From NCBI GenBank assembly GCA_904063045.1, contig CAJFCJ010000003.1, positions 1,860,001-1,924,000 on the forward strand: 64,000 nucleotides of DNA. The letters run 5' to 3'. This DNA comes from Dimorphilus gyrociliatus. Taxonomy: Eukaryota; Animalia; Annelida. The notes beneath the pieces are model-generated. The model was not told the DNA's origin, did not search any database, and saw nothing but the letters and a program-made list of their open reading frames with translations. Positions within the stretch are counted from its first letter, which is position 1. Every line of letters begins with the position of its first letter. Shown one piece after another: positions 38,903 to 52,376 of the stretch. The position numbers were made by a program, and so were the translations under genes.

Positions 38903-40785
38903 ATGCCGCCAAAAAAGGTACTTAATAAATTCTTATAATAATTTTTGAAGCTATTTTAATGGACGAAATTTTGGCAGAGTGCCAGCACCGTGTCTCCTAA
39001 AAAGACTAGAAGCAAAGCTCGGTCAACTTCTCGCTCGCGCTCCAGAGGAAGATCACCAGGTAGATCGAAGAAGTCAACGAAAACAGAAACAAAGGTTGAG
39101 GAGAAAGATGAAACTACAAAACAAGTTAAAAGTCGTAAGCGTGCTTCAAGCAGTCGAGAGAGAAAATCAGTAGAAAGAACAAGGACGTCAGCTCGACTTG
39201 ATAAAATTAGAGTAAGTTCAAAATTACAAGAAATGAGCAAATTTTTACAAATGAATTAACACAATAAGAACGACGAAAAAAATGAAGTGAAGGAAGAAGT
39301 TTCGTCAACAACAACAGAGGCTTCTTTACGTAAACGCAAGTCTGAAAAAGTTCCAGTGGAGGAGAAAGTCTTTACCCGAGGAATTAAATCTCAGAAAGAC
39401 GCATCTGATTCTATTGATAGATCTTTCAGTAAAAACTGGCTGAGTGTTATATTGGCGATTTTTGAACCTTTTATTTTAATTTTTACTGTTATCTTTGTTT
39501 ATGCTGGATGCGAAAAGGTATTTCTATTCTTCCCTTTGAACTTTTAGCTACAATTACATTTTTATTTCAGAAATATTTTTGGAAAGATCAAAAGTTTAAC
39601 TTTCCTCATTTTAATTTGAGGTGGAAATATGATTTTAGGATCCCTTTTTATTACTCAATTTTTATTCTCTATAACGTCATGCTCTACTACATGCCAATAG
39701 GTCAGAAATATGAGGTTAAAATTGCTAATGAAATAAGACAGCATCGGCTGAATGGTTGGTTTTAAATTCTGAATTAAACATTTATTATGTCGATTCATCC
39801 GTTCCAGGTTTATGGCAGCAAATATTTAATATTCTAATTATTTTGGCAGTTTTTGGATTAAAACAACCTATTACATTTTTAATAACTAGAGAATACTTGT
39901 TTGCTTTAATGATTACTGGCTTATCATTCTCTTTCATTATAGGATTTATTACGTATTTGGCTACTATTAAATTGCCTGGAGAAAATATAATATTAGACAT
40001 AATTAAAGGAAAGTTAATATCTCCCCGATGTCTTGGCTTAGACTGGAAAATTTTCTGTTTCTTTAGAGTGGGATTAAACTTTTGGATTACTTTGACCCTG
40101 TTATATTCTCTTGACAATTATCAAACAAGTAAAATAAACAAAGGGTTAATTTCAATTACAGTAATGCAAATATTGTATTGTTTGACATACAATTTGGAAG
40201 AAAAAACTATATTTCACTCAAGTGATGTACAAAAGACACCTTTCGGATTATTTATGTCCATTGCATCTTTCTTTTACGTACCATTTGCCCATTCTGTCCA
40301 AGCTTATTACGTTTGGAAGCACAAAGTCATCGTTCGAGATGAATATTTGATAGCTGCTTCTCTGATTTTTGCATTTGGAATCTATATATTGTTTTCATCT
40401 AATAAGCAAAAACAAAAGTTTCGGGACGATCCTTTTCATCCTGATGTCGCTCACTTGGATAGTATATTGAGCCCTACAGGAAGGAGAATTCTAGTTTCTG
40501 GATGGTGGGGATTTGTAAGGCGTCCAAATTACCTTGGAGACATTATGACTGCAATTGCATTTTCCATACCATGTGGTAAGTGATTGATATAGTTACACAT
40601 ATTCATATATCTCTTTCATTTTAGGATGCAATTCACCATTTCCTTGGATATATGCGATCATGACAACTCTTATTCTAACTTTAAGAATCAAGGAAGACGA
40701 AAAAGGTTGCAAAGAAAGGCATAAAAAAGCTTGGGACAGTTATACAGAAAGAGTACCTTATCGTTTGATACCATACGTGTTTTGA
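38903..40785 (+). CDS. LBR: Lamin B receptor-like protein: RS-rich N-terminus plus divergent ERG4/ERG24 sterol-reductase domain
   Basis: RSTSRSRSRGRSP repeat region, HRLNG, SPR..LDWK, LVSGWWGFVRRPNYLGD, and W..Y..RVPYRLIPYVF terminus. Confidence 0.8.
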
Positions 40786-41143
40786 AAAGTTCTTTTTGGA
40801 CTGAAGACATTGCACAAAATTGAAAATTTGTGCTTAATAACTTTGCAACCCGAAAATACCCTGAAATATTGGTATTATTGTTGTAAATAATTTCTAAAAC
40901 TTCGACACTGTAGTATTTAGTTTTTTATTATCGAATGGTAAGTTTATTGTTTGTATTTATATTATCCATTCTGTAGATTATGATTATATACATCACAGAT
41001 AAAATTATGATTTAATTTGATGAAATATATTTTAAACTTAGGTAACAAAAATTTTAAGAAATCATTAAAGAATTAAAACTAAAGAGATCCGAAAGATTAA
41101 TCTTATTATAATTCAACATTCACGAATCAGTGCTCTAGTTGCT

Positions 41144-42828
41144 CTAGCTGGGTTCGGTTCCTCCTTCTTCCTCAATATCTTCTAAATCAACCTTAACAAT
41201 TAATGACTCTTCAAACTTCACCCTTTTTTCGTGGTCTAAATTTTCAAGATACTTGCTATAATCACTAAAATCAACATAGGGTATTACATTCCCATCGGAG
41301 TCATACTCATACTGATTTCGGGAGTATGGTTCATGAAAGTTTATGGTATTTGAAACAGTTGTTTCATTTGCTGTAGTGCGTTCCACATTATCATATTCGC
41401 CACTATTGACTGCTGTTGGCGCTCTTAGAGTAGTTTGTGATTGCTGTTGAGTCATAAGAAATTCATTATCTGATATTGTAGATATATTCGATATTGTTTT
41501 TAGTCGTAGAGGTCTTGTTGAAGTGTACATAGTTTGCTTCAGTCTGTTCGCTAATTGGCTTTTAGAAGGATCAAATGCTTGATTACTGATATTGCTTGTG
41601 TAGCAATCAAAATATCTTATCAACAAGGTCATATCTTCTCGAAAAGTGCAAACCTTTCGTTTTCCTATTCTCAAATAAGTTTCCCTGTGAAAATCAGCAA
41701 TCTTTTGCAAAACAGCTTGACATACGTTATCCATGGTGTCATGACGAACAAATTCTAAAAGGATCATCTCTGCAATTTGAGAGTTGCATTCATCATCCCC
41801 AGTAGCATTTTGTAAAGCTCTATATACTCCGTCAGTCATAAGTATCAAAAATGAAGGGCATGTACTATTAATGTAGTGTAAATGAACCTCAGGATCAGCT
41901 ATTATAGGTGGAGTTGTGGCTTCCCTGTTGAGTTAAAATTTAATATCATATTAGAGAAATAGAGTTTACCCACTTCAGTATATCCAGAGTCTTAGCTTCC
42001 TTCTTCAACCAAAAATCTCCAATACACCTAGTGCAGTCGAAAAACATGCCGTTTCTTTCATATATATAATCTTTATGGCAGAGCGCCTCAATATTTACAT
42101 CGCATCGAGCCAAACGCATAAGTTCGTTTATATTTTTTAAATTGTGCTCATTTGTGATTTGTTTTACGTTTAGTTTGTTTGAATCATCAAATGTGCAATA
42201 AACTGCTCGAGAACAACCAGTATTTGCTATAAATAGTTTATGATCTTTAACCAGAGCTATAGTAGCTTGAGTTCCGCCACTCATAGAGTTTTCTAAATTA
42301 ATTAGTTCAGATGCCACCTTCTTTTTCTCGGAATCACTCTGAAAGTGTTAGCTTAAAAAATTAAAATTATTATTTAATTAATACTAACATTAGCGTATTG
42401 AAGTTGCTGTTTTAACTGATATCTTTTCGCCAATTTTTCATCCATTGTATCTAAAAACCCATGTTCCAAAGACACAAAAGCATTTCTAATGTAATTTTCA
42501 ACCTCTTTGTCATCATTAAATTTATGATTTAAAATATCTGAATCTAGTATCAAGTCCGCAGGTAATTTTTGATATGCGAAGTTTGCAGCTTTTGATGATG
42601 AGTGACCATTGAACACGCCATACAAACCAATACCATTCGTTCTAAAATATATTTTTTGTTAATTTAATTGAAACAATAGATATTAACTAACGTGAAATTG
42701 AATTTACGGTCTTCATATTCATGAATCTCACAAGGATTTTCTACATCATTTCGTTGATTTGACATTGTTCCTGATGCGGCCAACTTACAAAGAGGCAAAT
42801 CATCGACCCAGTACTGATCACTAGTCAT
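41144..42828 (-). CDS. TAB1: TAK1-binding protein 1 (PP2C-like pseudophosphatase), multi-exon
   Basis: WVDDLPLC, LYGVFNGH, ANTGCSRA, CTRCIGD, EDMTLLIR, and C-terminal VIPYVDFSDY (TAK1-binding region). Confidence 0.9.
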
Positions 42829-43059
42829 TGTAACGATTAAACAGAGACTCGCGAAAATCAGATAGACAATATGAAGTTCTTTTAAATCTGTTGTCTCAAT
42901 CTTGTCTTTGGTATTAAAATAAGAGAAAATGGTGCATTTATGATCCTTTACAAAAATTGCTTAGTTTTCTCGCCAAAGAATATAATCTATGTAACAGTAT
43001 TGTGATCTGGCTGGACACTGCAGCCGATTTTGCGAAATACATTTTGCTCTAGTTTCAGG

Positions 43060-43070
43060 TGCGCATGCGT
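43060..43070. promoter_or_regulatory. NRF1-type motif (TGCGCATGCGT) upstream of TAB1
   Basis: Reverse complement is ACGCATGCGCA, identical to the PASK copy; about 230 bp 5' of the TAB1 ATG. Confidence 0.6.
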
Positions 43071-43251
43071 TCGAAGTGAATTTTTAAATTTAAAAGGTTA
43101 GGGTTTACTAAATTATATTTAACTGCTTTAAATTTGTTGAATTTTATTTAAAACTAACAATAAAGGCTTTGAATAAAATATATTTCGTAATCAAAATATA
43201 CAGATGTGTATTCACAAAGTTTATCAGCTATATACAAGAGTAATCGAACCA

Positions 43252-44995
43252 TCAGCGCTGTAGAATTTTTGGTGCTATACTACCTTTCGGTAATAATTTA
43301 ACTATAGCATGTGCCGGATTTTCATTTTCAGAGCCTGAAATCTGTCGCACATTTACAGGAGAGGCGTTTGTTATGGTATAAGTAGTGGCAACGGATGATG
43401 AGCTAGTGCTACCAAATACTGATGATCTCTCTGCACATTCTGCCACCAATCTAGATAGCTGTTGAGCCGAATAACCCAACAGAGCCCGTAAGTCACAGAC
43501 AAATTTGTAGACAAAGCGTTTACCATGCACTTTAGAAATCATATCACCATCATAATAGTAGCGAAGGGCTCTGGATAACTTTTCATAGTTCATTGTAGGT
43601 TTTCCTTTTCTTCGACCCCATAAACTTGCAACACCTTCAGGATTATTTAGTTTAAATTCTCCTTCATCTCCAACCCAATGTATGAGATGAGTGCATTCTT
43701 TGTCAGTTAATAGCTCAAGAAGGAATTGCCACAATTGAACTTGACCATTATTTCCGGTTTTGTTACCTGGTACACCTCTCTCTCCACCAGCCATATAATA
43801 TGTGCTTCTTGGAGAAGCAACAACTCGTTTCTGTGATGTTGTTTTTGCCCCTCTCAGAGACCCAAGACGAGTATCAGTGGAAGGAACAATAATTGTTGTA
43901 ATCGCATTTGTTTCGGGCTGTTGAACTGTAGCTACAAATTTACATTTACGTAAGAGTTCCAAGTGTGTCCAAAACATGTCACTCTTATCATTGGGTACGT
44001 ATTTGGAAAACGCCTCATGGCTTAATGCACATAGCTTTTCTCCATTTAGTTTTGACATTCTCTCTACATCAACATCTTCTAAATCAAATTTTTTCACAGC
44101 CCACTTCAACCAATATTCAACATGTTCTGGTAGCCATTCCTTAGGATTAGTAGACATTGATAGACGTTCCTGTTCCTTACGAAATTTTAAATCTACCACC
44201 CATCTCGTTACATTATCTTCTGATTCAGATAAGGGAATAACAATTTTAGTGTTCCCCGATGAAGTTCTATTTCTTTGAGTTACTTTCGGTTTCCTTTCTT
44301 GCTTTCTCTCTAGAGAGTCTGCAAATTCAGCAGCTGGTTTTAAAATGTCAATAATATTCAAACTGGGCTTTGTATTTGGGTTCGATTTGACTTCTAAATT
44401 TATTTGCACCAAACCAGAACCTTGCACGCACTGGGACACGAGATTTTTCTCTGGATCAAGTAAAATGGAATCTTGCAAATAGAAGTCATGATCTGCCAGA
44501 TTTGTTTGCAGCCGTTTCTCCAGTAAAACTCTTAGGGTAGTCAGTGGCTCGCTAATATCCATATGCTCTATTATTAGATTTTGAGGACCGCCAACGATTT
44601 CTTCAACGTTTTGCAAACTTTCGTCAGCCAGATTAATATTCGAACTATCTTCAACCATTTCACTGCCAATCACCTGACTTTCATCTTCACCGCTTTCTAA
44701 TTAAAAACGAATATTAGTGTTTAAAACACAAATTAAAAAAATATAATATTTACCCTCTTGTTCAGCGTACTCTCCATCAGCCGCTATAACATAGGCTTGA
44801 TCATTTAGTTGGTGACTAATTACTTGACCATCAGAAGCGATGAACAATGTATTCTCACTTTAAGTACATATGGATTTCATACAAGAAAAGAAGCACGAAA
44901 AAATGTTCTACTAACGGTAATCGCTCCACTGTTGATGCTTCTTTCTTTATTTTTTTGCTTCCTGTCTGAAAATGGACGTCTGATCCTCTTTTCAT
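43252..44995 (-). CDS. GABPA: GA-binding protein alpha (ETS factor with OST, PNT and ETS domains)
   Basis: MDISEPL..L..LLE.RL (OST domain), PNT W...HV..WL.WA...F, and [13 protein letters not shown]...[23 protein letters not shown]. Start codon uncertain (44995, or an upstream exon near 45112). Confidence 0.93.
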
Positions 44996-45104
44996 ACTTC
45001 TGATAGATAAGTATTGTTTCAATCTGTAATTCCAGTTAGAGATTTACATCATTTTAGATAAAGCTCGCAGCTATCGTAACAAGACACAAAATAGAACATT
45101 AACG

Positions 45105-45567
45105 ACCGCCATATTGAAGATAAAATGGCGTTTTGATACACTGGTGAGATTGTTAGGGTGGTTTATTTTCCTTTCAAGTCGTCAGCCTTAGAAAGTTGTA
45201 AATTTATTTTTCAAGTAATTTTTTGATGTCTGCAAATTCCTTTTCCTGTTTCCAATTTGCACACTTCCGGATCCTAAAACTGCATGGAGTGCAGAAAAAG
45301 CGCAATTTCTCATCTCTTAGAGCAAAAAAATTACAAATAATAATACTACTAACTCTATTTGTTGTTCAATTAAACATCAGTTTAACTAGGAAAAAATATA
45401 CTAGACAATAGTACTATGAAATAAAAATTAACCTAAGTCTATGGCGCCAACCGGAAGAATTTCACGCAGGAAACGTTGTTTGATTGTTCCGGAAGAAACG
45501 CTACACACTTCAGCCAATGAAGATTTGAGAAATTTGTGAATATGTTAAAGCTAATTACGCATGCGCA
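45105..45567. promoter_or_regulatory. Bidirectional GABPA/CCDC149 promoter with ETS, YY1-like and NRF1-type motifs
   Basis: CACTTCCGG 45262-45270, CCGGAAG 45451 and 45489, AATATGGCGG (minus strand, 45106-45115), AAAATGGCG 45122-45130, ATGGCG 45441, ACGCATGCGCA 45557-45567. Confidence 0.65.
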
Positions 45568-45731
45568 TTTTCTTGCAACAATTTTTGTAGCTAAACAACA
45601 CAGCCCGATGTTCCACACAATAATCGTACAACGAATTTATCTATGTGCCGGGAGCCATGTTATTACTGTATACTTTATTACTCTGCCGTTAGATATAAAA
45701 AATTAGCTTCTCAAGCTATTGAGATGATAGT

Positions 45732-47183
45732 ATGAACTGCAAAGAGGAATCCGATTCCACACGCGAAACCGAAGTAAGTATGTTTTGAACTCAAGAGTGT
45801 TATCTACTGTCTCTTGTAAAAATATAATATTAGTCATATTTCCAGTCAGATCTTTATTTCGTGGCAACATCTGTTCTATAAACTAATAATACCTATCATT
45901 GACACAGCCCCAAGTTTTAAAACGAAAATTGGAAAGTAAGAATGAAGCTCTTTTGATTTTGAGTAGGGATCTACAACAATGTCGAGAAGAAAGAGATCAA
46001 TTCAAGTTAATGGCTGAACAAATTCAGGAACGCTATCAGGCCCTAAAAAAACAATTGGTCGGTGTAGCTCCTCAATTAAATTTTAATTATAATAACATGG
46101 AACATCAATCGCTTGCAAGACTTCTTTGTGAGATGAAAGAAGTTAATAAAGCCCTGCAATTAGAAGCAGATGACCTAAAACAAAAGTTGAGCGACTCTCA
46201 AGGAGATATTAAACTTTTGAGAGAACAATTAGGACGACATAGAGTAGGAACAGCTGACGAAGGATTAAACACGCGTCACTTTCCTGCTTATGAAAGACAA
46301 CAATTGGTCAAAGAGTTGGAAATTTTAGGTGATAAACAAAAGCTTCTTGAAAGAGACTTGCAACAACTGTTGGATGAGAAGGAGGAATGTGTTAATGAGA
46401 GAGATATTTTTAAAAATAAATATATTAGATTAAATAACGAATTAAACTACATTTTAAAAGGAGATGAGAAGCGAATTGTTGATATAGATGCTTTAGTTAT
46501 GGATAATAAATATTTAAGAGAAAAACTTAACCAAATGGAGGAGGAAAAATCAATGACTCAAGCTGCGCTTTCGAAATATCGAAGTATGCTCGAAAGAAAG
46601 AAATGTAAGACTGCCAGATTAGGAGACCCTTCTAGAACAGCTGGTATGGTACTATCAAAACGACAAGTTACTGAATTGCTTGAAGATACAAATCGCAAGA
46701 ATAATAGCCCCCAATTAGTTCATGATCTTCAAGCTTTGACGTCTGCCTTACTCGATACTCTAAATGATAAAAATTTAGCTCTTCAACATCAAAGAAAAAG
46801 TAATAAAATTCTTGGAGAAAGAATGACAGAATTGGAAAAAAAACTTAGGACTCTGGAGGTTTCTGGCCTGTGGAATGTTGAACAGGATCAACTCAACAGA
46901 ATGGCTGAAGAATGTGAAGAAATACGAACTTTAATTCCAATTCAAACCTGTGATACACCTTCAGAAGGGAGTCCAGTTCATTCCCCTGGTAGGTTATGTA
47001 GGTAGCAGATTATCAATTACACATTTTCGTTTGACAGAAAAGGAATCTGAAGCAGACGATGCACAGAAAGACTTAGATGCCAATACAGAAACTAATGATG
47101 CTGTTGAAGGTGCTGCCGATAAAATATTTGATAATCAGAGAGAAGAAAACTTTTCGTTAACACAGCCACTTGATAACTTCTAG
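45732..47183 (+). CDS. CCDC149: Coiled-coil domain-containing protein 149-like; three exons
   Basis: KRKLESKNEALLIL, QIQERYQALKK, QGDIKLLR, KRIVDIDALVMDNKYL and QRKSNKILG. Confidence 0.85.
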
Positions 47184-47472
47184 TCAATTTTAATTAAAAA
47201 CCTCCACATACGGCTTTAGTACCTAAAACATTCTTTATTTAGCAAATATCACTTTCCGTACATTTTAACTATTATTATCAGTATGGTAATATTTCGATAA
47301 ATCAAGATACCATCCATTCATCATATAATTCAATTTTACGGGTTTTTTTTAAAGATAAAGCGTATTCGCTTTTGTATATTATGCAGCTTTAAAAATATGT
47401 ATCATTTTTCTTCTCTAAACTTTTTTAAGATAGATTATGATTTTCACAACTGATTTTTTCATTCTATTGCAA

Positions 47473-48950
47473 TTATTTATCAAACGAGAACCACGAATTG
47501 GTAGGATTACCTACTGATTTTCTTCGAAGCTAGTTGGCAGATAGGACCAATCTATTCCCTTATCACCCTGCTTCTTTAGCAGCTGGTTGCACTTTGAGAA
47601 ATGTTTACATTGAAAAAATCCTCGATAGGCCGAAAGGGGAGACGGATGAGAAGCGTTCAGAATATGGTGTTTTTTCTGAAAGAAACTTTTACTAAAGAAC
47701 CGTGATAATCATACTCTAAACAAACCTTGTTGATGGAAGAACCCTTCTTCTGTGCGTAGGACCCCCATAATAAGAAAACTACACCAGAGTTATGCTTGCT
47801 TATGTGGGCTATAATGGCATCTGTAAATTTTTCCCATCCTTTATCTTTGTGAGAGTTAGCTTCATGAGCTCTAACCGTAAGAACAGCGTTAAGGAGCAAG
47901 ACACCTGTAAATATGTAAATTTAATATCTGATAGCAACGTATCTAGATAAAACCTTGTTTAGCCCAGCCCATTAGGTATCCATGACCTGGACGCTTAAAA
48001 TTTTCGATGTCGCTTTCGAGTTCTTGAAACATATTTATAAGGCTAAAAGATAAAAATTAAATTATAAGGACAAATCTTATTGGATTAATACCTAGGGGGA
48101 GGGGCTACTCCAGGATTGACGCTAAAACATAGACCTAGGAAGAGGAAATTTAACTTTTGTAATAATATTTTAGTTGTATTACTACCATGAGCTTGTCTTG
48201 GATTGTGATACGGATCTTGACCGAGGATTACAACTTTTACCTGTTATTTGAAAGTCAAGCAAAATAGAATAATTAATCGAACGAAATTACCTTGCTAATG
48301 TCTATAGCGTTGGTAAAAGAGAATATCTGATCCTTTGGCGGGAATACGATCTTATTTTTTCTTTCTTCAGCTACAAATTTTGCAAGACTTTGAAAGTACG
48401 GTTTTGTGAATTCATTTTGTAACGCCCGGAACCATGAATGACCAAAGTTGGTAACCATACCATCAGTTTCTATTTCTATCTATAGTTTAAAATAATTAAC
48501 TTTGACTGGTTTTCCAACTATTTATGTGATATCTAACCTTTCTCATTTGGGCCCTTAATTTATTAGCATTCATCTTTTCATGTTGTTCAGGAGTTAGGTT
48601 ATTCAACACTGTTTAGTCACATCTTGAGAAAGTTATTAAAATATACTTTTACTCTATTTACATTTTTGAGCTGAAATGGGAGTCTTCTTTAAGTCAGTAG
48701 TCTCTATACTTTTTTCATCACTATCAATCCTGGTTCGTTTCGGGGTCTTGCAAGTCTGCAAAATTATAAATAGTATCAAAAGCTGGACAACTGTCGCTGC
48801 TGAATTTACCATGTCGCAATTTTCATCATTTTCAAGATTTCGTTTTTGAGATACGGGTTTGAAAAAGGTTGATAACTTTTTTTGACTCATAGTTTTACGA
48901 CAACAGGTTAAAACTTGTGCTAGGATTGAAGTGTTAATGAGTATTCTCAT
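47473..48950 (-). CDS. UNG: Uracil-DNA glycosylase (family 1), multi-exon; in-frame ATGs at 48950 and 48890
   Basis: PIP-box [46 protein letters not shown] and SHPSPLS. Confidence 0.97.
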
Positions 48951-50203
48951 TTATTATTTTCAGCGGAGTTTGACAGTTATCGCTCCCAACTTGCAAATTT
49001 AGTAATAGAAGACCGTTGACCAATCAAAATGACTTTTGTTTTTAAAATTCTCTGTCATCCAATCGTCTCTCAGTTAAGAATACTAAGGGTGAAACTTCTC
49101 AGGAAAGTTGACTATTTTGCTGCAAAAGTAAATTTTTTTTCTCTAAACTTTCAATATTCTTTCTACGAGAAAGGAACCATTTTTAATGAGAGTTTCACCC
49201 GACGTCGTTGAAAACATCAAAGTAAAATACCTTCTACATTGCGTAAAAAATATATTACTGTTTTGTATAATATAACATGTATATATTTTGTTCCATCGGA
49301 TGAAGTTTTGAAGAATAGCTTGCATTTTAGACACAGGAAGTTTGAGGAGTTTGATCAGTATACCAACTTCACTCTCAGATTTGTTTATAGTATCATAATG
49401 CTCTGTTTTACATTTAGGTATGCTGTCATTATTTCATAGTGCTTTATATAGGACAGCGGATGATTTGTAAAGATTATATAGTAAAGTTCTAAACCCTTTT
49501 AAAATCTAGAGCTAAGAAAACTTTTGTTAAGGTGGAAGCACATTTTTTAGCGTGTTTCTCGAAAATTTGAAATTGGAAGCAAATTTGTTCATCCTTATGT
49601 TAATTTAAGACATTTCTAAATACAAATTGAATCACGAATGGCATTTACAAAGATTGCTTAGTTTCAATGTAGTTAAACCATTACAGGGGTGGAAATAAAA
49701 CAACCTTGCTGAATAAGTAAAGACGGATAATCTGTTATTTCAGCAATCGTTTTGGGAAATAACTTTCTCACTTAATATACTTAATAGTGAATAAATGTTT
49801 TTTGTGATCCGCAATCCTACAATTCCCGAACGTCATTACTATTGACAAATTAAATATCTTATCCTGTGAAGTCTTATTTTGTTTGTTCGAAGATTTCGAC
49901 GCTGAAAGTCTTCAGTCATTTGTTATTATTTACCAATACAATGAAAAATTTGCTACCAGGGGTCGTTGTTGATGTAATACTTTTATAATTCTCAACAACT
50001 GATTGTCTTCACCACAAGATTATCAAAGAAAAACTATTTCTGAGCGATTAAAGCTTGTATGCAATATTTTTTAGCCTTATGTTGTACAATGAGGCCTTTT
50101 TTCAATTGTCTCTTTTATTTCAACAATATATTCTTGGTGATTAATATTGCAAATTGTCATTTTTTTCAGCTAAAATTTTTCTTAACAGATATTATAAAAT
50201 TAA

Positions 50204-51958
50204 ATGGCTAGAGTTCCAGGAAAAATTGGATATCCATTAATTGGTGATGAGTCTTATGAATTTTATAAAGATTACCATGCCTATATTTCAAAAAAATTCG
50301 AGCATTATGGAAATATATTCTGTTCTCGTTTTCTCAACAAACCAACAGTCTTTATTGGAACTCATATGGGCGTTCGTCAGCTTTTAAACAGTAATAATAC
50401 ATGTTTAAATCAAATATATACATAAATTTTTTGTATTATCAAATGATACCTGCATATGATCTTTGTTTATTTTCCCACAATATAGGCCAATCTAATGATT
50501 TGGAAATGGGTTACAAAAGTTTTATGGATCACATCTTTAGTGATAACATCTTATTTGCTAGTGGTTCTTATCTGTATGATCGAATACAAGGTAGTGTTAG
50601 ATTCATTTTTTTTTCAGATTTCGAAGCTGAAAATTTAAGAAGAGATTTGATTTCCATCTTTTCTCCGCAATGTTTGGAAAATTGCGAGGAAGCAGTAAGC
50701 TTATTAGCAACAGGACTTATAAAAACATTAAAAGCGAAGTAATCAATTTCTTATAATTACAAGAAGAGAGCAAATTATTCCTCATTGACCTGATTTTTTC
50801 CCTAGTGAATACATCGACATTTACGATCTTTTTAAGAGTTTTGCTACTGAAATTTGTCAGACAGTTTTCTTAGATTTAGATGCATCAACTGCTAAAGAAA
50901 CTGCTGAAGCTATATCAAAACTGACAACTTCCCACTGGCATGGTTTGTTGTTTATTAAAGGCTTAGCTTTCTAATAATATACTTATATCGTTTTAGGTCT
51001 AATATCCGTGCCCGTAAATTTGAGATTGCCAGGTATTAAACAATCAGGATATAGCAAGGCAATAGACGCAAAGGTACATAGAATTTCTGAGAAATAAAAA
51101 TCCTAAAAGTAGACATCTAACGTTGTCTTGTGCTTCAGAACCAGTTGCTAAAGTGGATAAAAGATCGATTGAAAACATCAATAAAGGGGTTTCCGTTAAG
51201 GATGAAAGAAACATTTGACGAAGAATCAGCTGCGTCTCATTTATTACTATTTTCCACCTCCTTAGTCCCAAAAGCCATATCGTCACTAATCTGCTCGTTT
51301 TTGTTACAGGCTACAGCTGAAGTAGGAAAACTAACCATATTTAGATGTATTGTGAATATTAAAACTAATCTATTATTATAACAGGAAAATTTTTTCGAAA
51401 AAATTTCCGATCAGAAGGTTTTCGACGCTTTTATAAAAGAAATTTATCGTTATTATCCACCTATATTGGGAGGAAGACGAATTGCCAAGAAAGTAAGTAA
51501 TAGGCAAACATAGTGATATTCTTCCAAGTGTTACATAATTTGTATTTTCTTCAGGACTTAATTATTGATGGCTATCGAATACCGGAAAACCATAGCATTG
51601 TTTATTTAACACATTCTGCAAATCGTGATCAGATGATATTTGAAAATGGTAATACATTTAACTATGAAAGATGGTTAGGAGATAAAGACAAACCGTGCAT
51701 ATTCACGTTTGGCACAAGCAGAAGAAATTGTATCGGAATAAAAATGGTATCGATAATCTTAGAAGTAAGTTTTTCACTTTATAGTTTTTATATTTTAGAA
51801 ATAATTGAAAACGTCAATTCCAGACCACCTGCAAATTACTTCTGAAGGAATTTACTTGGACTTCGAATGCAGTAAACGATTTCCAGTATAAACCTTTACC
51901 GATTTCCCGACCGGTTGATGGGTATAAGTGTCGATTCATTCCCAAGGGAACTATTTAA
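50204..51958 (+). CDS. Cytochrome P450, CYP26/CYP120-like, with atypical I-helix and no obvious N-terminal anchor; multi-exon
   Basis: PGKIGYPLIGD start, K-helix KEIYR (ExxR), YERW, and heme motif FGTSRRNCIG. Confidence 0.85.
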
Positions 51959-52376
51959 AGTCTCATTATGCCGATACATAATTCGATCTTCTTTCTACGT
52001 ATTTTTGGTCACATGCTGTATCTTTGCAAAGAAGATATTTCTGCTAAGAGATTCTTCAATAGGTTGTGATAAATTCGAAATAAACTTAAGTTAAACACCA
52101 GATATTTATAAAAAACTGACTGTTGTTGCTGCCACACTGTAAATCGACTAACAAACCGTCTATTGATTTGCGCAAAAAGCGTCATATCATGATGAATTAG
52201 GAATGGTCGTAAAATAATATAGTAGGAAAATTTTTTTCAAATGTTTATAAAGATTCTCGCTTGAGCGCATGGCAGCCTTTCCCTCTTTTACTTATGCAGA
52301 CGCGCTTATTCGTCAGAATTTCCGAAATCCATTTGGCATTTCAACGTAAGCTTGAAATCAAATTTTCTGTAACTCC

